Shown: positions 17,117-27,668, counted from the first letter of the stretch. The stretch: 62,238 bases of DNA from a virus (IMGVR_UViG_3300042541_000169:1-62238); one strand, 5' to 3'. Notes: generated by a model from the letters alone, not told the origin. A program made the numbers and translations.

Positions 17117-19943
17117 GGGTAGGGGTTTCTGCTTCTGGATCAAGCTCAGTTGCAATCGTGCAATCAATCACAAGAGCGAATACTGAAGGCGTAGTAATGT
17201 CCGAACCTTTAGATAAGCTCTTCTTAATAATGCCTGTAGTAATCTTTTCCTTCTGTAGCTCAGAACATAACATCTTATACGATATTTGGTTCTCGCTGCA
17301 CCACTCTCGCAATGCCTTAGAAGAAATGAAGAGTAACTTTTTGTCTGGCTCGTAGCGAGTCATCAACTCTCCACGAGGTTCTCGGATTGGCGCTTCGGTT
17401 AACCCAGAGCGTTTGTCTATGTTGCTGTTAACGATCAGCATGTTGTTATTCTTTTCGTTTAAGAACATACCAATACGGCTCAAAGGGGTCATGCTGTCAG
17501 AGCGCACTTCAACCCGCATATTGCTCATAGTCTCCACTGCCCATTCATAAACTTTTGCTACGTCGATGTCGTGCAATCCTAGCTTCTTAGTAATAATCCC
17601 TGAGGTGATGGCGCATGCCGCTGTTGCCGACCAGAACCGTTCACGCTGCGTAAATCCTGCTGCTATATCCAACTTACGCTGAACCTTTTCTAAAAGGCGC
17701 TGCACTTCAGGCAAGTTAGAAATTACATAGCGGATGAAGATTTCTCCGGCTACACCATAGTTCTCGTACATGGGGTTAAACATCGCGTCCGACTCAGCCT
17801 TACTCAAGCTGTCGTTCTTGGCAACTGCAAACTCCAGTACCCGCATCAGTTCGCCCTCTGGAAAATCTTTAAGGTTGTACAACTGATCGTACAAACTCTT
17901 GTTGCCTGATGTAATCGCAATCAAATACCAACGCAATGAATTGCTACGTTCAGCATTAGACTGTGACTGCATCCGGTTACGACCCCGACCGTGCGTGATA
18001 GCGTAAGCCATTGCACTGACTTCCTCGTCACTCATGTTGGTCAACTCGTCAATGGTAGGAGGCAGATTACCAAGCACTGAGATGCGGTGCATACGCGCCA
18101 AGTATTTATCTTCTTGATTTAGCAGCGGCTCAAGAGGGCGACCCCAAATGCTGTTCACCACAAGTTGAATCGTAGTCTTACCAACGCCGCTACCGTTATT
18201 TGTCAGATGAATGATCGCGCCGTTCAACTTCGTAAATTTATACAACGCTGACCCAAACCCTGCGAACATGGTGAAAGCACGGACTTCATTGCCTTTTGCT
18301 GCGTAGATATTCGCAACTTTTTTCCACTCAGCAACTACGCCTTTCTTTGTGTAGTAACTAGCAGTCTCGGCAGTAGAAGAAGACGATGGGCTGTAGTTAA
18401 CACCCGTCGCAGTAATCTCACGATTACCAACGATAAACTTAGTATCATCCTCGTGCCAACCAAATTGTTGCCGTGCTTTTTCAGCTTCAGACACGTGCTG
18501 TAATTCTTGTACCCATTTGGTGATATATCCCATGATTGAATCCAATCGTTTGTTATAGGCTGCAACGCCCTGATACGCTAATACTTCCCGTAACCTGTCC
18601 TTTGATAAGACGCTTGCTAATGGCGCAGAGAATTCACGAATGCCGTCTTTAGGCATATGAAGACGCATCCACAACGACTCCCCGTCTTCAGGGTCGGTCA
18701 ATCGCTTTACAACATAGAAGTCATACTCGTAGACCAACTCGTCTTTCGCATCTTCGCCCTTCTCATCTTTACCCCAACCACGTTTGTACACACCACCATT
18801 CTTTCCACGAAAGTACGGAAACGGGTACTCCGGGATTTCTACTGTAACGTCTTCCTCCAACACAGCATTACGCATCACAACAATATTGTCTTCTGCTTTA
18901 GCTTCAGCAATACGTGATCCTATTTGTATAGGTGATGTGATCTTGCCTTTGTGTACGCAGTCTTGGCATGGGGCTGCATTGATGCTTGCAAACGTAGCGC
19001 ACTTATACGGCTTATCACGTAACGCGTTTGCTTTATTAAACGTCTCATGTGGGTCGTACTCAGAATGCTGATTGGACAGTTTATGTATAGATGTTTCACC
19101 GTCCTCACAATTGATCGCAATAGATAATCCGGCTCTCCACAGCGGCTCTTCCACAGTCTCTTGCTCTTTATAAATTCTGAGCAACTGCGCACATCCTTCG
19201 CCCTCGGCACTCTTACGCATGATCGTAGTAAAGCGCGAGATGCTGTTGCCCATCAAAGCGCGGGTTGTTGCATCTATTGGACGGCGGGTCGGGGCTTCTG
19301 CACCAAACAAGCCAGTAGGCTCATCGGGTTCCTCTTCAGCGCCTATCAACATCTTGAAACGTGAGAAGTCAGTAGGCTGCGATTCCACCAACATAGTGAC
19401 TTGCTTCGGTGGGCTGTCTTTAAAATTTAATGTGTCAGGTATACGCAGAATACGGGCAGCGTCTGCGGTAACGGTGGGGTCAGCATGCAGACCATGGGAG
19501 GCAGCGAACTTCTTTAATACTTCTGCCGTTGGCTTCCAATCGTTGTAGCTGATCGTTGTCGTCAACGCCCAATAGACATGTATGCCACGCCCTGAATTGA
19601 TGATAGTGGGTCGAGGTAATCCCGTTGCTTTGACAAATTGTCTGAGAGCATCTAGTGCGGATGCTTGGGTATCGTATGGTTTGTTTTCTCCGCAATCAAG
19701 ATCAAGCCAAAAGGCTTTGAACCATTTCGCGTTCTTTGCTGTGCGACCTTCGGTCTCTAATAGGTATTTGGCGCATCCAAAATACGCGTCGTACCCCTGC
19801 GAAACTAAGCCGTCAACTACACCATCAATCTCATCAATCGTCTCTACAAATGTTTGCCTCGGCGCACCTTTCTTCAATCCAACCACACAGTACAAACCTT
19901 CGTCGGCAAGTACAGAGGCAAGAAAGGTATTCCGTGTTGTCAT
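17100..19943 (-). CDS. Primase-helicase (AEP-like N-terminus, Cys cluster, DUF927-like P-loop helicase)
   Basis: FWLDLDCG and NSGRGIHVYW primase motifs; CxxC; GSGVGKTT Walker A; TIDE Walker B. Confidence 0.88.
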   Translation of the reverse strand: MTTRNTFLASVLADEGLYCVVGLKKGAPRQTFVETIDEIDGVVDGLVSQGYDAYFGCAKYLLETEGRTAKNAKWFKAFWLDLDCGENKPYDTQASALDALRQFVKATGLPRPTIINSGRGIHVYWALTTTISYNDWKPTAEVLKKFAASHGLHADPTVTADAARILRIPDTLNFKDSPPKQVTMLVESQPTDFSRFKMLIGAEEEPDEPTGLFGAEAPTRRPIDATTRALMGNSISRFTTIMRKSAEGEGCAQLLRIYKEQETVEEPLWRAGLSIAINCEDGETSIHKLSNQHSEYDPHETFNKANALRDKPYKCATFASINAAPCQDCVHKGKITSPIQIGSRIAEAKAEDNIVVMRNAVLEEDVTVEIPEYPFPYFRGKNGGVYKRGWGKDEKGEDAKDELVYEYDFYVVKRLTDPEDGESLWMRLHMPKDGIREFSAPLASVLSKDRLREVLAYQGVAAYNKRLDSIMGYITKWVQELQHVSEAEKARQQFGWHEDDTKFIVGNREITATGVNYSPSSSSTAETASYYTKKGVVAEWKKVANIYAAKGNEVRAFTMFAGFGSALYKFTKLNGAIIHLTNNGSGVGKTTIQLVVNSIWGRPLEPLLNQEDKYLARMHRISVLGNLPPTIDELTNMSDEEVSAMAYAITHGRGRNRMQSQSNAERSNSLRWYLIAITSGNKSLYDQLYNLKDFPEGELMRVLEFAVAKNDSLSKAESDAMFNPMYENYGVAGEIFIRYVISNLPEVQRLLEKVQRKLDIAAGFTQRERFWSATAACAITSGIITKKLGLHDIDVAKVYEWAVETMSNMRVEVRSDSMTPLSRIGMFLNEKNNNMLIVNSNIDKRSGLTEAPIREPRGELMTRYEPDKKLLFISSKALREWCSENQISYKMLCSELQKEKITTGIIKKSLSKGSDITTPSVFALVIDCTIATELDPEAETPTHDNIG

Positions 19944-20009
19944 TATTCGCTCTTTTTTTAGACAAAAACACCCTTGGGTCTACTGGCGATAGACCTTCAG
20001 GAAGGGTAA

Positions 20010-20264
20010 TTAGGATTTAGCAGTGGCGGCTAGACGTGCAAGCAATGCCCATAATACTTCGCGTTTACTTGGATGCGGTAGGGATTTTCCCAGAAACCAC
20101 ATATAAACAGCGGGGCGTGATACGCCAATATATTCTGCTACATCCTGTACGGGAATGTCTCGTTCAATGCAAACGCGCCCAAGTTGCACACCCACATGAA
20201 ATGGGTCTGCCGTTTTGTTCGCTTCTACAAATTTACGGGAGTAACCTTTGTTGGTCGTTTTCAT
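20010..20264 (-). CDS. Cro/XRE-like HTH protein
   Basis: VQDVAEYIGVSRPAVYMWFLG. Confidence 0.8.
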   Translation of the reverse strand: MKTTNKGYSRKFVEANKTADPFHVGVQLGRVCIERDIPVQDVAEYIGVSRPAVYMWFLGKSLPHPSKREVLWALLARLAATAKS

Positions 20265-20574
20265 TTTTAGTAGCTGCTTTCATTACACGTTGGCTACGGC
20301 CAGAACGAGCTTGACGTTTTTCACCGGTATCAATTACCCAACCCTTACGGATTAGGGGCGCATAGCGGGGGCTAATTGTTTGAATGCCATACTGCGGCAA
20401 CATACGTACAACGTCGTCCCCAATACAACCATTGGGAAACATTCTGATGACATCGTAAACAACAGACTCCATCGCGTTTGTATCTATTGAATCAGCAGCT
20501 TCGTGACTTGTTTCAGGGTCAGTGTTACGCGCCAATCCGGGAAACGGGTTTAGCGGGAAAAAATCATTGTCCAT
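20233..20574 (-). CDS. Winged-helix-like hypothetical protein
   Basis: ARNTDPETSHEAA...ISPRYAPLIRKGWVIDTGEKR; GGAG upstream of ATG 20574. Confidence 0.7.
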   Translation of the reverse strand: MDNDFFPLNPFPGLARNTDPETSHEAADSIDTNAMESVVYDVIRMFPNGCIGDDVVRMLPQYGIQTISPRYAPLIRKGWVIDTGEKRQARSGRSQRVMKAATKNENDQQRLLP

Positions 20575-20593
20575 ATTAATCTCCAAAAAAGGT

Positions 20594-20652
20594 GGGGTAC
20601 TCGCTGCACTGCCTTTGCATTTCAGCTAACTGGTCAGCATCCGCTTTCCCCC
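20594..20652 (-). ncRNA. Candidate structured RNA element with loop-E motif
   Basis: GGGG-GAA...AGUA-CCCC closing stem, GCUG/CAGC, inner hairpins CAG-UUAG-CUG and UGC-AAAG-GCA; followed by U6. Confidence 0.5.
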
Positions 20653-20658
20653 GTAAAC

Positions 20659-21612
20659 TTATTCTGCTTCTGCCCAATCGTCCAAGATGTCAGCCACATC
20701 TTTTGGTGCGGCTTTCTTAACGCGTTTGGTTGGCTCTGCTGTATCTTCAACAGCTTCAGCCTCTACCTTACGTTGCTCTTTGCGGCCAGCAGTAATTTTG
20801 TAAGCCATTTCGGGAGTGATGGTAATACCCGTAACCTCATCTACAACCTCATCTACAACAGTAGGTGCAGATATAGCTTTCGTGCCATCGACCATGGCAA
20901 CAGTAGATTGAGTAGCAGCTTTAGCTTCAGCGGACTTACCCTTAACTTCAATGGTTGCCATCTCTTCGGCTTCCAGTGGGCGCACTGCTTTGAACGTCAG
21001 GCGTGGGGTTGCACTCGCTGTATCAAAACGCATTTCGGTAACGACGGCAGTTACTGGCAGACCATGACTACCCAAGAATTTTGCATATGCTTGCAAAGGC
21101 ATTTTGCCATTCTCAACCGCACCAAAAATTGATTGGGCAGGTAACGTCAGTTGGTAAATGTCTCCACGAATATCATTCTCCAAGACAACGGCAAGGCGCT
21201 GACTGAATCGGCATGCACGTGAATCTCCTTGTCCCGAACCTTTGATGTTCTGGGCGCAGGATGCGCACTTGCTTGCCTCTGGTGCCTCGACTTTGATGTC
21301 GGGGGTGATGCCGTCGTTTGACCAACATGAGGGGGCGGTTGATTGCCCTTCTTGATAAGTACCTGCATAAAAAGTCCTTGATACATTTGCGTTCGCCGCT
21401 GCGATAACGATGTTCATTGCACGGTCTTCGTTCTGTGCAATTTCTTTACCATCAACCATCATGCGGAAGACGTTGCCCCGAATGGAGATGCGCTTGCCGC
21501 CGCCAGTACCACTGCCGCCCATGAGAGCTTTGGTCGTGGCATCAAGTTGCAGGTTTTGTAAATGGGCGGGAAGGGTATTGCCGCCTTTAGAAAATAGGGT
21601 CATTTCGCTCAT
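20659..21612 (-). CDS. Putative single-stranded DNA-binding protein
   Basis: Replication module; Cys cluster (CWS, CxxC, RACR); acidic aromatic tail DILDDWAEAE. Confidence 0.65.
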   Translation of the reverse strand: MSEMTLFSKGGNTLPAHLQNLQLDATTKALMGGSGTGGGKRISIRGNVFRMMVDGKEIAQNEDRAMNIVIAAANANVSRTFYAGTYQEGQSTAPSCWSNDGITPDIKVEAPEASKCASCAQNIKGSGQGDSRACRFSQRLAVVLENDIRGDIYQLTLPAQSIFGAVENGKMPLQAYAKFLGSHGLPVTAVVTEMRFDTASATPRLTFKAVRPLEAEEMATIEVKGKSAEAKAATQSTVAMVDGTKAISAPTVVDEVVDEVTGITITPEMAYKITAGRKEQRKVEAEAVEDTAEPTKRVKKAAPKDVADILDDWAEAE

Positions 21613-21800
21613 TTGGTTTCTCCAGTTGTTACAGGTTTGGTTTGCATCAGGGCATCAAGGTCGGCGCGTGTAAACCGCACTTTGTTGCCAATACGAAAAT
21701 GCGGGATTTTCCCGTCACGAATCATGTTGTAGATTGTCTGGCGCGACATCCTCAACAGCTTTGCCACTTCTGGCACAGTCAATGCGTCTTCAAGTTCCAC
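21609..21800 (-). CDS. Excisionase-like HTH DNA-binding protein
   Basis: LTVPEVAKLLRMSRQTIYNMIRDGKIPHFRIGNKVRF. Confidence 0.85.
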   Translation of the reverse strand: MELEDALTVPEVAKLLRMSRQTIYNMIRDGKIPHFRIGNKVRFTRADLDALMQTKPVTTGETK

Positions 21801-22197
21801 TTGTTGCTCTCCTTATGGTTACGCTATATTTGCTATCAGTGTTCATGCCGGGGGGCATGACATCTGGATTTTCTTCGAGTAGTTGCTTCATCGTGGTCTG
21901 GCTAATGCGGCGCTCTAGCAACTCAGGCATCTTGTTCTCCAAGATAAACTTGTGCATCGCCCCCCAATCGCTAGTCCAATAGCGAGTTTTCACAGAACGC
22001 ATTACCGTTCCATGCTTACTACCTAGTTTGTCGGCACCGATTTCTTTACAAAGCTGTAAGAGTTTTGACTCTACAACTTCCATCTGTGCCTTTACTAGAC
22101 CGTCCTCTTCTTCGTATTCACGTAGAAGTTCCGCCCGTTTGTCGCGCATCTTAATGTAGACGGCGACGAGCTTATCAACCGATATTGTCTCGGTCAT
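21790..22197 (-). CDS. Coiled-coil replication-module protein
   Basis: Strong SD AAGGAGAG; helical N-terminus; DW...F...LL..RI...PPG pattern. Confidence 0.7.
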   Translation of the reverse strand: MTETISVDKLVAVYIKMRDKRAELLREYEEEDGLVKAQMEVVESKLLQLCKEIGADKLGSKHGTVMRSVKTRYWTSDWGAMHKFILENKMPELLERRISQTTMKQLLEENPDVMPPGMNTDSKYSVTIRRATSGT

Positions 22198-22227
22198 ATC
22201 ACTCTCCTTTTTGCTTTTATGGGTACG

Positions 22228-22255
22228 ATAATATATGAAAACTTTACAAAGTCAA
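22228..22255 (-). promoter_or_regulatory. Possible sigma70 promoter
   Basis: TTGACT-N16-TATTAT; the spacer contains half-site TTCATAT of the early dyad. Confidence 0.45.
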
Positions 22256-22262
22256 GTGCTAT

Positions 22263-23825
22263 TCAGCTTAATATTTCTTCATATAAATCAATCACCCGAT
22301 TATGAATATCCACCTTGTTCTCCAGCATTTTGTACATGCGTCTCTCTACCCCACTGCCTTGCAAGTGAACCACCACTGAGGGGTTTTTCTGCCCCGCTCG
22401 ATGCACCCGTGCGTTAGCTTGCAGGTAGGTTTCCACAGACATCACCGGACTCCAGTAGACAATCGTATTGGCCGCATGCAGGGTTACCCCATGTGATGCG
22501 GCTTGTGGTTGGATAACCAATACTTGCAGGTCATCCTTTGTTTGGAACCGCTCAAAGATTTCTGAACGTTTCCCCGCCGACACACCGCCATGAATGACCG
22601 CAGTCGGGTATCCGTGCTTACGTAAATCTTCTGCCACCACTTCAATCGTATGCCTGTACGGAACAAACACTAAGACTTTGTGGCTTGACTCCTCTACTAC
22701 TTCACGTAACACCGCCAGACGATTACTTGCATCGAACTGGACTACTTCACCTGTATCGGAGTATACCGCACCACCAGATAATTGTAACAGCTTATTTAAG
22801 TTAGCAGCAGCATTGACTGTTGTAATCTCCTCACCCGCTGCTTGTACTATCAAACGCTTACGTAGTAGATCATAGTACTTTTCTTGTTGCGCAGTAAGAG
22901 GTACGTCTCTCGTTACATAAGTCATTTCAGGGAGATCAAGACACTGCTCCTTGGTAAATCGTATTGCCGGTTGCAAGGCTTGGTGAACAATCTGCTCTGA
23001 GTTTACCTTCGGTACCCACTTAAACTGGGTTAGCTTGTGCATCACTTGATCCCGAAAGCCCCCATAAAAGCGCGGTACGTTCTCTGGGTTTACTAACTTG
23101 GCGATCCCGTAGGCATCTACTGGCGACTGAGAGGCGGGTGTACCCGTGAGCATCCACAGCCATGTGTGCGGCTTGATCAGGTTGTTCAACACCTTCCAAC
23201 GTTTTGTGGTTGGGTTCTTGTAGGCATTCGCTTCGTCAATTACGATCAGGTCAAACTTCCCCTTGGCTACTGCCTCTTGCACAATCTCTAAGCCGTCGTA
23301 GTTGATGATCACAAACTCTGCATCCCCTGCAATGATGTCTCGACGCTTCTCAGCCCTACCATAGGCAACGTCCACCTTGCGGTGCATTGCGAATTTAAAC
23401 AAGTCATTGCGCCATGCTGAGTCCATGATGGACAGTGGGCAGATAACCAGTACCCGCTTGATGATGCGCTTTGACAGTAGATAGTCCGCTGCCCATATCA
23501 CAGAGGCAGTCTTACCAGTGCCTTGCTCGTTAAAACAGAACGAACGTCGGTGCATCGTTAAGAAAGACGAGGTAACTTTTTGATGGGCGAAAGGTTTATG
23601 TAAACCGGGCCACTTGTATGTAGCGTTAATAGGGGAAGGTATATCTTTAAACTTCAGGTTTTTTAGAACAATCGCTTCTTCCAAATCCCAGTTGACTAGC
23701 ACCTGCGCTACTAGCCCATCATCTGACAACACCTTGCTCTTAGGTATCACCGTAGTAATTCTGTCTGGGTTGCGTACCTTAAATAGCAACGCTTTATTCT
23801 CAATGATCTGCACGTTATTCTCCAT
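22263..23825 (-). CDS. SNF2-family (SF2) helicase
   Basis: EQGTGKT, IVIDEA, LTGTP, HGVTL, QANARVHRAGQ. Confidence 0.92.
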   Translation of the reverse strand: MENNVQIIENKALLFKVRNPDRITTVIPKSKVLSDDGLVAQVLVNWDLEEAIVLKNLKFKDIPSPINATYKWPGLHKPFAHQKVTSSFLTMHRRSFCFNEQGTGKTASVIWAADYLLSKRIIKRVLVICPLSIMDSAWRNDLFKFAMHRKVDVAYGRAEKRRDIIAGDAEFVIINYDGLEIVQEAVAKGKFDLIVIDEANAYKNPTTKRWKVLNNLIKPHTWLWMLTGTPASQSPVDAYGIAKLVNPENVPRFYGGFRDQVMHKLTQFKWVPKVNSEQIVHQALQPAIRFTKEQCLDLPEMTYVTRDVPLTAQQEKYYDLLRKRLIVQAAGEEITTVNAAANLNKLLQLSGGAVYSDTGEVVQFDASNRLAVLREVVEESSHKVLVFVPYRHTIEVVAEDLRKHGYPTAVIHGGVSAGKRSEIFERFQTKDDLQVLVIQPQAASHGVTLHAANTIVYWSPVMSVETYLQANARVHRAGQKNPSVVVHLQGSGVERRMYKMLENKVDIHNRVIDLYEEILS

Positions 23826-23833
23826 GGCAAAGT

Positions 23834-24020
23834 AGCCTGAACACGGTGTGTGTCAGGCTTTTATTAGTGACGGGGTTTCCACCCGTCCCCTCTTCGTTTT
23901 TGCGTCTGCGAGTCCAAGACGGTTAGTTCCCCGCTGAAAGTGTAACGCGGTGCTAACTGGTATGGTTATGTAAAGTCTTACAACCCTGTCTGCTACTACT
24001 CATACCTAACCTCGCAGACA
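23834..24020 (-). ncRNA. Candidate multi-stem structured RNA in the helicase leader
   Basis: 9-bp closing stem 23904-23912/24011-24019, several inner stems, GGGU-GGAA-ACCC GNRA hairpin, AGCCTGA/TCAGGCT hairpin. Confidence 0.55.
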
Positions 24021-24033
24021 CATCATGAACACG

Positions 24034-24354
24034 TCACGATTTTTTACGTTCTCTTGCGCTAGTCTCAGACACTACCTTGTGGTTCGACCCGCGCTTAAAC
24101 GATCTGTTTGCCGATGCGCTCTCAACACGCACACCGTTCTTATTAGTGCCACCTTTGGACAGGGCTTTGACGTGGGCAACATCTTTACCTTCACGCGCAT
24201 CAGCTTTACCGTTTCCGTTTGCGTCTCTACCTTTTTTGTCGAGTGCTCGACGCGCACGTTGCCGTTCCATCCGTGCCTCATGGGCACCGGGGCGATTCTT
24301 CTCTAGTTCTACTTCACGCTTGACGTTTCGGTCAGCGGGGTTTTTGTATGGCAT
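24034..24354 (-). CDS. Small HNH-like endonuclease
   Basis: KDVAHVKALSKGGTNKNGVRVESASANRS; SD GAAGGA before ATG 24354. Confidence 0.7.
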   Translation of the reverse strand: MPYKNPADRNVKREVELEKNRPGAHEARMERQRARRALDKKGRDANGNGKADAREGKDVAHVKALSKGGTNKNGVRVESASANRSFKRGSNHKVVSETSARERKKS

Positions 24355-24355
24355 A

Positions 24356-25045
24356 TCAGTTCCTTCCGTTATGACTACATTCTGATACAGGGCACCATGC
24401 TTTGCAAGTGAAGTTCTTCTTAGGATTAAACACCCCAGTTTCATAGGCGGTTTCACGTGAAACTAATAGTTCATCTAGCTTTGCAAAAATGTCAAACTTT
24501 CTATGGACGGTGAAATCTATTGGGATGAAATCTTTGCAAACCACAAACAACAACCCCGCCCGTATGAATTCAATCTGAGGGAAATGCACGAACACACACG
24601 CCGCCATCAAGGCAAGCTGCTTCGGATCAGCATATCGGCTGCTCTTACCAGTCTTATAGTCAATGATGCGGGCTTCTTTCTTTTCATTATCAATGATCAA
24701 CAGGTCGGCAATACCTCTATACCAAACGTCTTCATCAGAGAATCCACAAGGCTCAAAGCGCCCATCTACTTTCTTCAGCCCCATCTTATACTCACAAATC
24801 TTTTCCCCCCGAATCTTCATTAGCTTCTCTAAGAATGGTTCCATGTACTTATACTGCGGGGGAATTGGTTTGCCATCACGCACGTATTCTTCGGCAGCAG
24901 TGTGCACAACAGTACCGTATAACATTGCTTCACTTTCAGGCTCTGTAATATCTTTCAATACCTTCAAGTGATAATATTTTTTAGGGCACTGTTCAAACAA
25001 CGTAATGCCTGAATAACTCCATGCGGGTGCCTTACTTTTTTGCAT
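24356..25045 (-). CDS. PD-(D/E)XK Cas4/RecB-like exonuclease
   Basis: WSYS...[29 protein letters not shown]-terminal CxxCPxxxC. Confidence 0.88.
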   Translation of the reverse strand: MQKSKAPAWSYSGITLFEQCPKKYYHLKVLKDITEPESEAMLYGTVVHTAAEEYVRDGKPIPPQYKYMEPFLEKLMKIRGEKICEYKMGLKKVDGRFEPCGFSDEDVWYRGIADLLIIDNEKKEARIIDYKTGKSSRYADPKQLALMAACVFVHFPQIEFIRAGLLFVVCKDFIPIDFTVHRKFDIFAKLDELLVSRETAYETGVFNPKKNFTCKAWCPVSECSHNGRN

Positions 25046-25859
25046 ACATCTCCCAAACTTTGTCTGCGTTGTAACCCCAAATATCTTTCACAATACTTTT
25101 CAACTCTTGATACATCTCAGGTTTTGCTGTCTCCAAATGTTTTACCCAATCAGCATCGGACACCATCGGTTTAATTTCTTCCCACTTCGCACGTAACCTT
25201 CGATCTTCGTTGCTTACCCTTTCCCTCTCTTGCTGCTCGTATTCTTTCCGTTTCAGCATGTCCTCTTGCCGCTTCAGTGCATTGCGTACCCTTTGGTCTT
25301 CCTTGTATATGTTGTATTCTTTCCGTCTCAGTGCCTCTATCTCGTCTCTCAACCTTGCTCTCTCACGTGTTTCTGCCCACGCCGCTTGTGCTTTTTCATG
25401 CTCAGTTTTTTCTTCTTTTGTATCTAACATACCGAGCATTTTTCTAAACACATCAGCACGTGAGGGGTGCCGCAACTTACGTAACGCTTTGGATTCAATC
25501 TGCCGAATGCGTTCACGGGTCACATCAAACATAACCCCAACTTCTTCCAGTGTGTAGTCTTGGGGAAGCCCAATCCCAAACCGTACAAACAATACTTTAG
25601 CTTCTCTTGGAGTTAGACTTCCCAACACCTCCCCAACAACACCAACCATTTCTTTCTTAAACAACTCTTCTTCAGGGCTAACACACTCTTGATATTCAGT
25701 CGGAGGGCATGGCAACTCGGGTAACATCGAGTCTTCTTTGTATCCGTATGTGTAATATGTAAGGCGTAGTTCCTCACTCGCACCTACAAGGGTACCGTAA
25801 GGTATGGTCTGCCCTTTTAATGTTTTGCCGTATGGTCTTGGGGTACTAGCAATCGCCAT
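25032..25859 (-). CDS. Protein with stand-alone sigma70 (RpoD) region 4 and coiled-coil tail
   Basis: [15 protein letters not shown]...[33 protein letters not shown]; no region 2; GGGAG before ATG 25859. Confidence 0.85.
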   Translation of the reverse strand: MAIASTPRPYGKTLKGQTIPYGTLVGASEELRLTYYTYGYKEDSMLPELPCPPTEYQECVSPEEELFKKEMVGVVGEVLGSLTPREAKVLFVRFGIGLPQDYTLEEVGVMFDVTRERIRQIESKALRKLRHPSRADVFRKMLGMLDTKEEKTEHEKAQAAWAETRERARLRDEIEALRRKEYNIYKEDQRVRNALKRQEDMLKRKEYEQQERERVSNEDRRLRAKWEEIKPMVSDADWVKHLETAKPEMYQELKSIVKDIWGYNADKVWEMYAKK

Positions 25860-27666
25860 AACTATCTCCCATACCTGCCTCACAGTTCAAGGGTATACCC
25901 TCTGCCCATGACGGTACAAACCGCATGCACTCCATCACATAGGCCATCGCTTCTTCTGCTTCTTCTTTTGGGGCAATACACGCTACCGCATCATGCACGG
26001 TGAACACTACCTTATACTTTTTGCGTATACGTAATAGCTGTTCGCCGATGATGCAACGTGCCAAGCCCTGACAAATATTCTCTGTTAATTTGCCGCCGTA
26101 TAGCTTCACTGCACCTTTGCGTGAATCATAAATATACTGCCCTTTTCCATCTTTGTCTTTCACTTTTTTCAAATTTGGGTATCGCTGCAACAGGCCATTT
26201 GGCATGAGAATCCCCCCTGCAATAATACTCACTGCCCCGTTACCCCACTTCATTGTCCGCTTCTTACTCATAGCATCAATTGCCATACTACCGCTTCGCC
26301 AAAGTTCAGGAACCCAAGGGTAAGTTTCACGGTAAGTATTAATAATAGCGGCGGCTTCGCCTAGAGTAACCTCTACCCCTACGCTTTTAAGTTGCATCAT
26401 AAACTTCTCGCCACCCATGCCATACCCTGCACCTAGAATCGTAGTCTTACCTACAAATCTTTCAGAGGCAATCACTTCTTCCCGTGGCTTATGGTAAATC
26501 TTACTAGCCATAATCTTGTACACGTCTTCGTTGTTCTTAAACGCTTCAACCAGATCATCTTGCCCCGCAAACCATGCCAACACCCGCGCCTCAATCTGCG
26601 ATGAATCACAATCAATAATCACGTGTCCTTCTGGCGCAAGGATAGCCCGCTTCAGCTTCCCCGCGTTTGCGCCACGTGAGGGAAGGTTTTGGAAGTTGAT
26701 CTTGTCCGACCCACCCCACCGTCCCGTGTGTGCGGCGTAGTAGGAGAGGGGAACAGGTATCAATCCTCTTCCGGCAATCCCGATCAGGCGCTCAGTACGT
26801 GTCTCTTCCAACGTAGTCTTGTTACCCAACCTTGCAGCAACAAGTGTCTGTACGCGCTCATCAGGGTGCTCGGCCAACGCCTTGAATCCTTCATCAGACT
26901 TAGCCAAGGCCAACGCTTCCTTACCCGTGGTCAGGCTAATCTTCATGGGCGGTTCAACCCCCAACCCACGCAGTAGCTCGGCAAACTTGGGGTTAGACAT
27001 CAGGTCTTCGATGTTGGCTCCACATTCATCCAGCAACCGGGACTTACGTTCTTTCACCTCCACAAGATGTTGTACTAATAAAGGTACATCGAGGCGGAGC
27101 ACTGGCTCTGTAAACATACGGACAGTCGCATCAATTAGTTTCAACTCCATCTTCTGAAACGACGGCAGTAAGGTTAGGAACAAGTCATACGTCAGGTTAA
27201 CGTCATTGATGCAGTACTCCCCATACTGTGCAAGGTGTTGCTCTGAGAAGTCACACTGACGCAGGTTAATAGCGTCCACCACCTCAGTACCCTTAACGCC
27301 TAACTGATAGTAGTCAGCTAGTTTCTTCAGGCTGTTACCAACTTCACTCCCGTGAAGCGCACGTGCCATACCTAAGGTATCGGCAATCGCCATCGGCCTA
27401 ATATCAAAGTGCCAGTTCAATATCGCCATGTCAAACATCGCGTTGTGTGCCACCGCCATACTACTATCCCAATCAAACGTGTTGAGGAATGATTTGATCT
27501 GCGCGTGAGAACCTGTGCACCATACAGTCTCCCCATCACCCACCTTGACCGACACCCCGATCACCTCAAATCGGGGGTCACGTACATACTCCTCAGTCGT
27601 TTGGGTTTTGAACCCCAAGTCCTTACTGGTGTAGTACGTCTCAAAGTCTATTGTTATGAGGTTCAT
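25846..27666 (-). CDS. polA: DNA polymerase family A with 3'-5' exonuclease
   Basis: DFET, HNAMFD, YCINDV exo motifs; [20 protein letters not shown] (A), [14 protein letters not shown] (B), VHD (C). Confidence 0.95.
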   Translation of the reverse strand: MNLITIDFETYYTSKDLGFKTQTTEEYVRDPRFEVIGVSVKVGDGETVWCTGSHAQIKSFLNTFDWDSSMAVAHNAMFDMAILNWHFDIRPMAIADTLGMARALHGSEVGNSLKKLADYYQLGVKGTEVVDAINLRQCDFSEQHLAQYGEYCINDVNLTYDLFLTLLPSFQKMELKLIDATVRMFTEPVLRLDVPLLVQHLVEVKERKSRLLDECGANIEDLMSNPKFAELLRGLGVEPPMKISLTTGKEALALAKSDEGFKALAEHPDERVQTLVAARLGNKTTLEETRTERLIGIAGRGLIPVPLSYYAAHTGRWGGSDKINFQNLPSRGANAGKLKRAILAPEGHVIIDCDSSQIEARVLAWFAGQDDLVEAFKNNEDVYKIMASKIYHKPREEVIASERFVGKTTILGAGYGMGGEKFMMQLKSVGVEVTLGEAAAIINTYRETYPWVPELWRSGSMAIDAMSKKRTMKWGNGAVSIIAGGILMPNGLLQRYPNLKKVKDKDGKGQYIYDSRKGAVKLYGGKLTENICQGLARCIIGEQLLRIRKKYKVVFTVHDAVACIAPKEEAEEAMAYVMECMRFVPSWAEGIPLNCEAGMGDSYGDC

Positions 27667-27668
27667 GG

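Noticed and set aside
20585-20655. tRNA gene
   Set aside because: No T-loop GTTCRA, no 7-bp acceptor stem, no cloverleaf; kept as a non-tRNA structured element
21609-21800. Integration/excision module
   Set aside because: Excisionase-like HTH present but no integrase or att-like context seen
24034-24354. IscB/HEARO-type RNA-guided nuclease
   Set aside because: Protein is about 106 aa with no RuvC motifs or PLMP start; only adjacency to a structured RNA is noted
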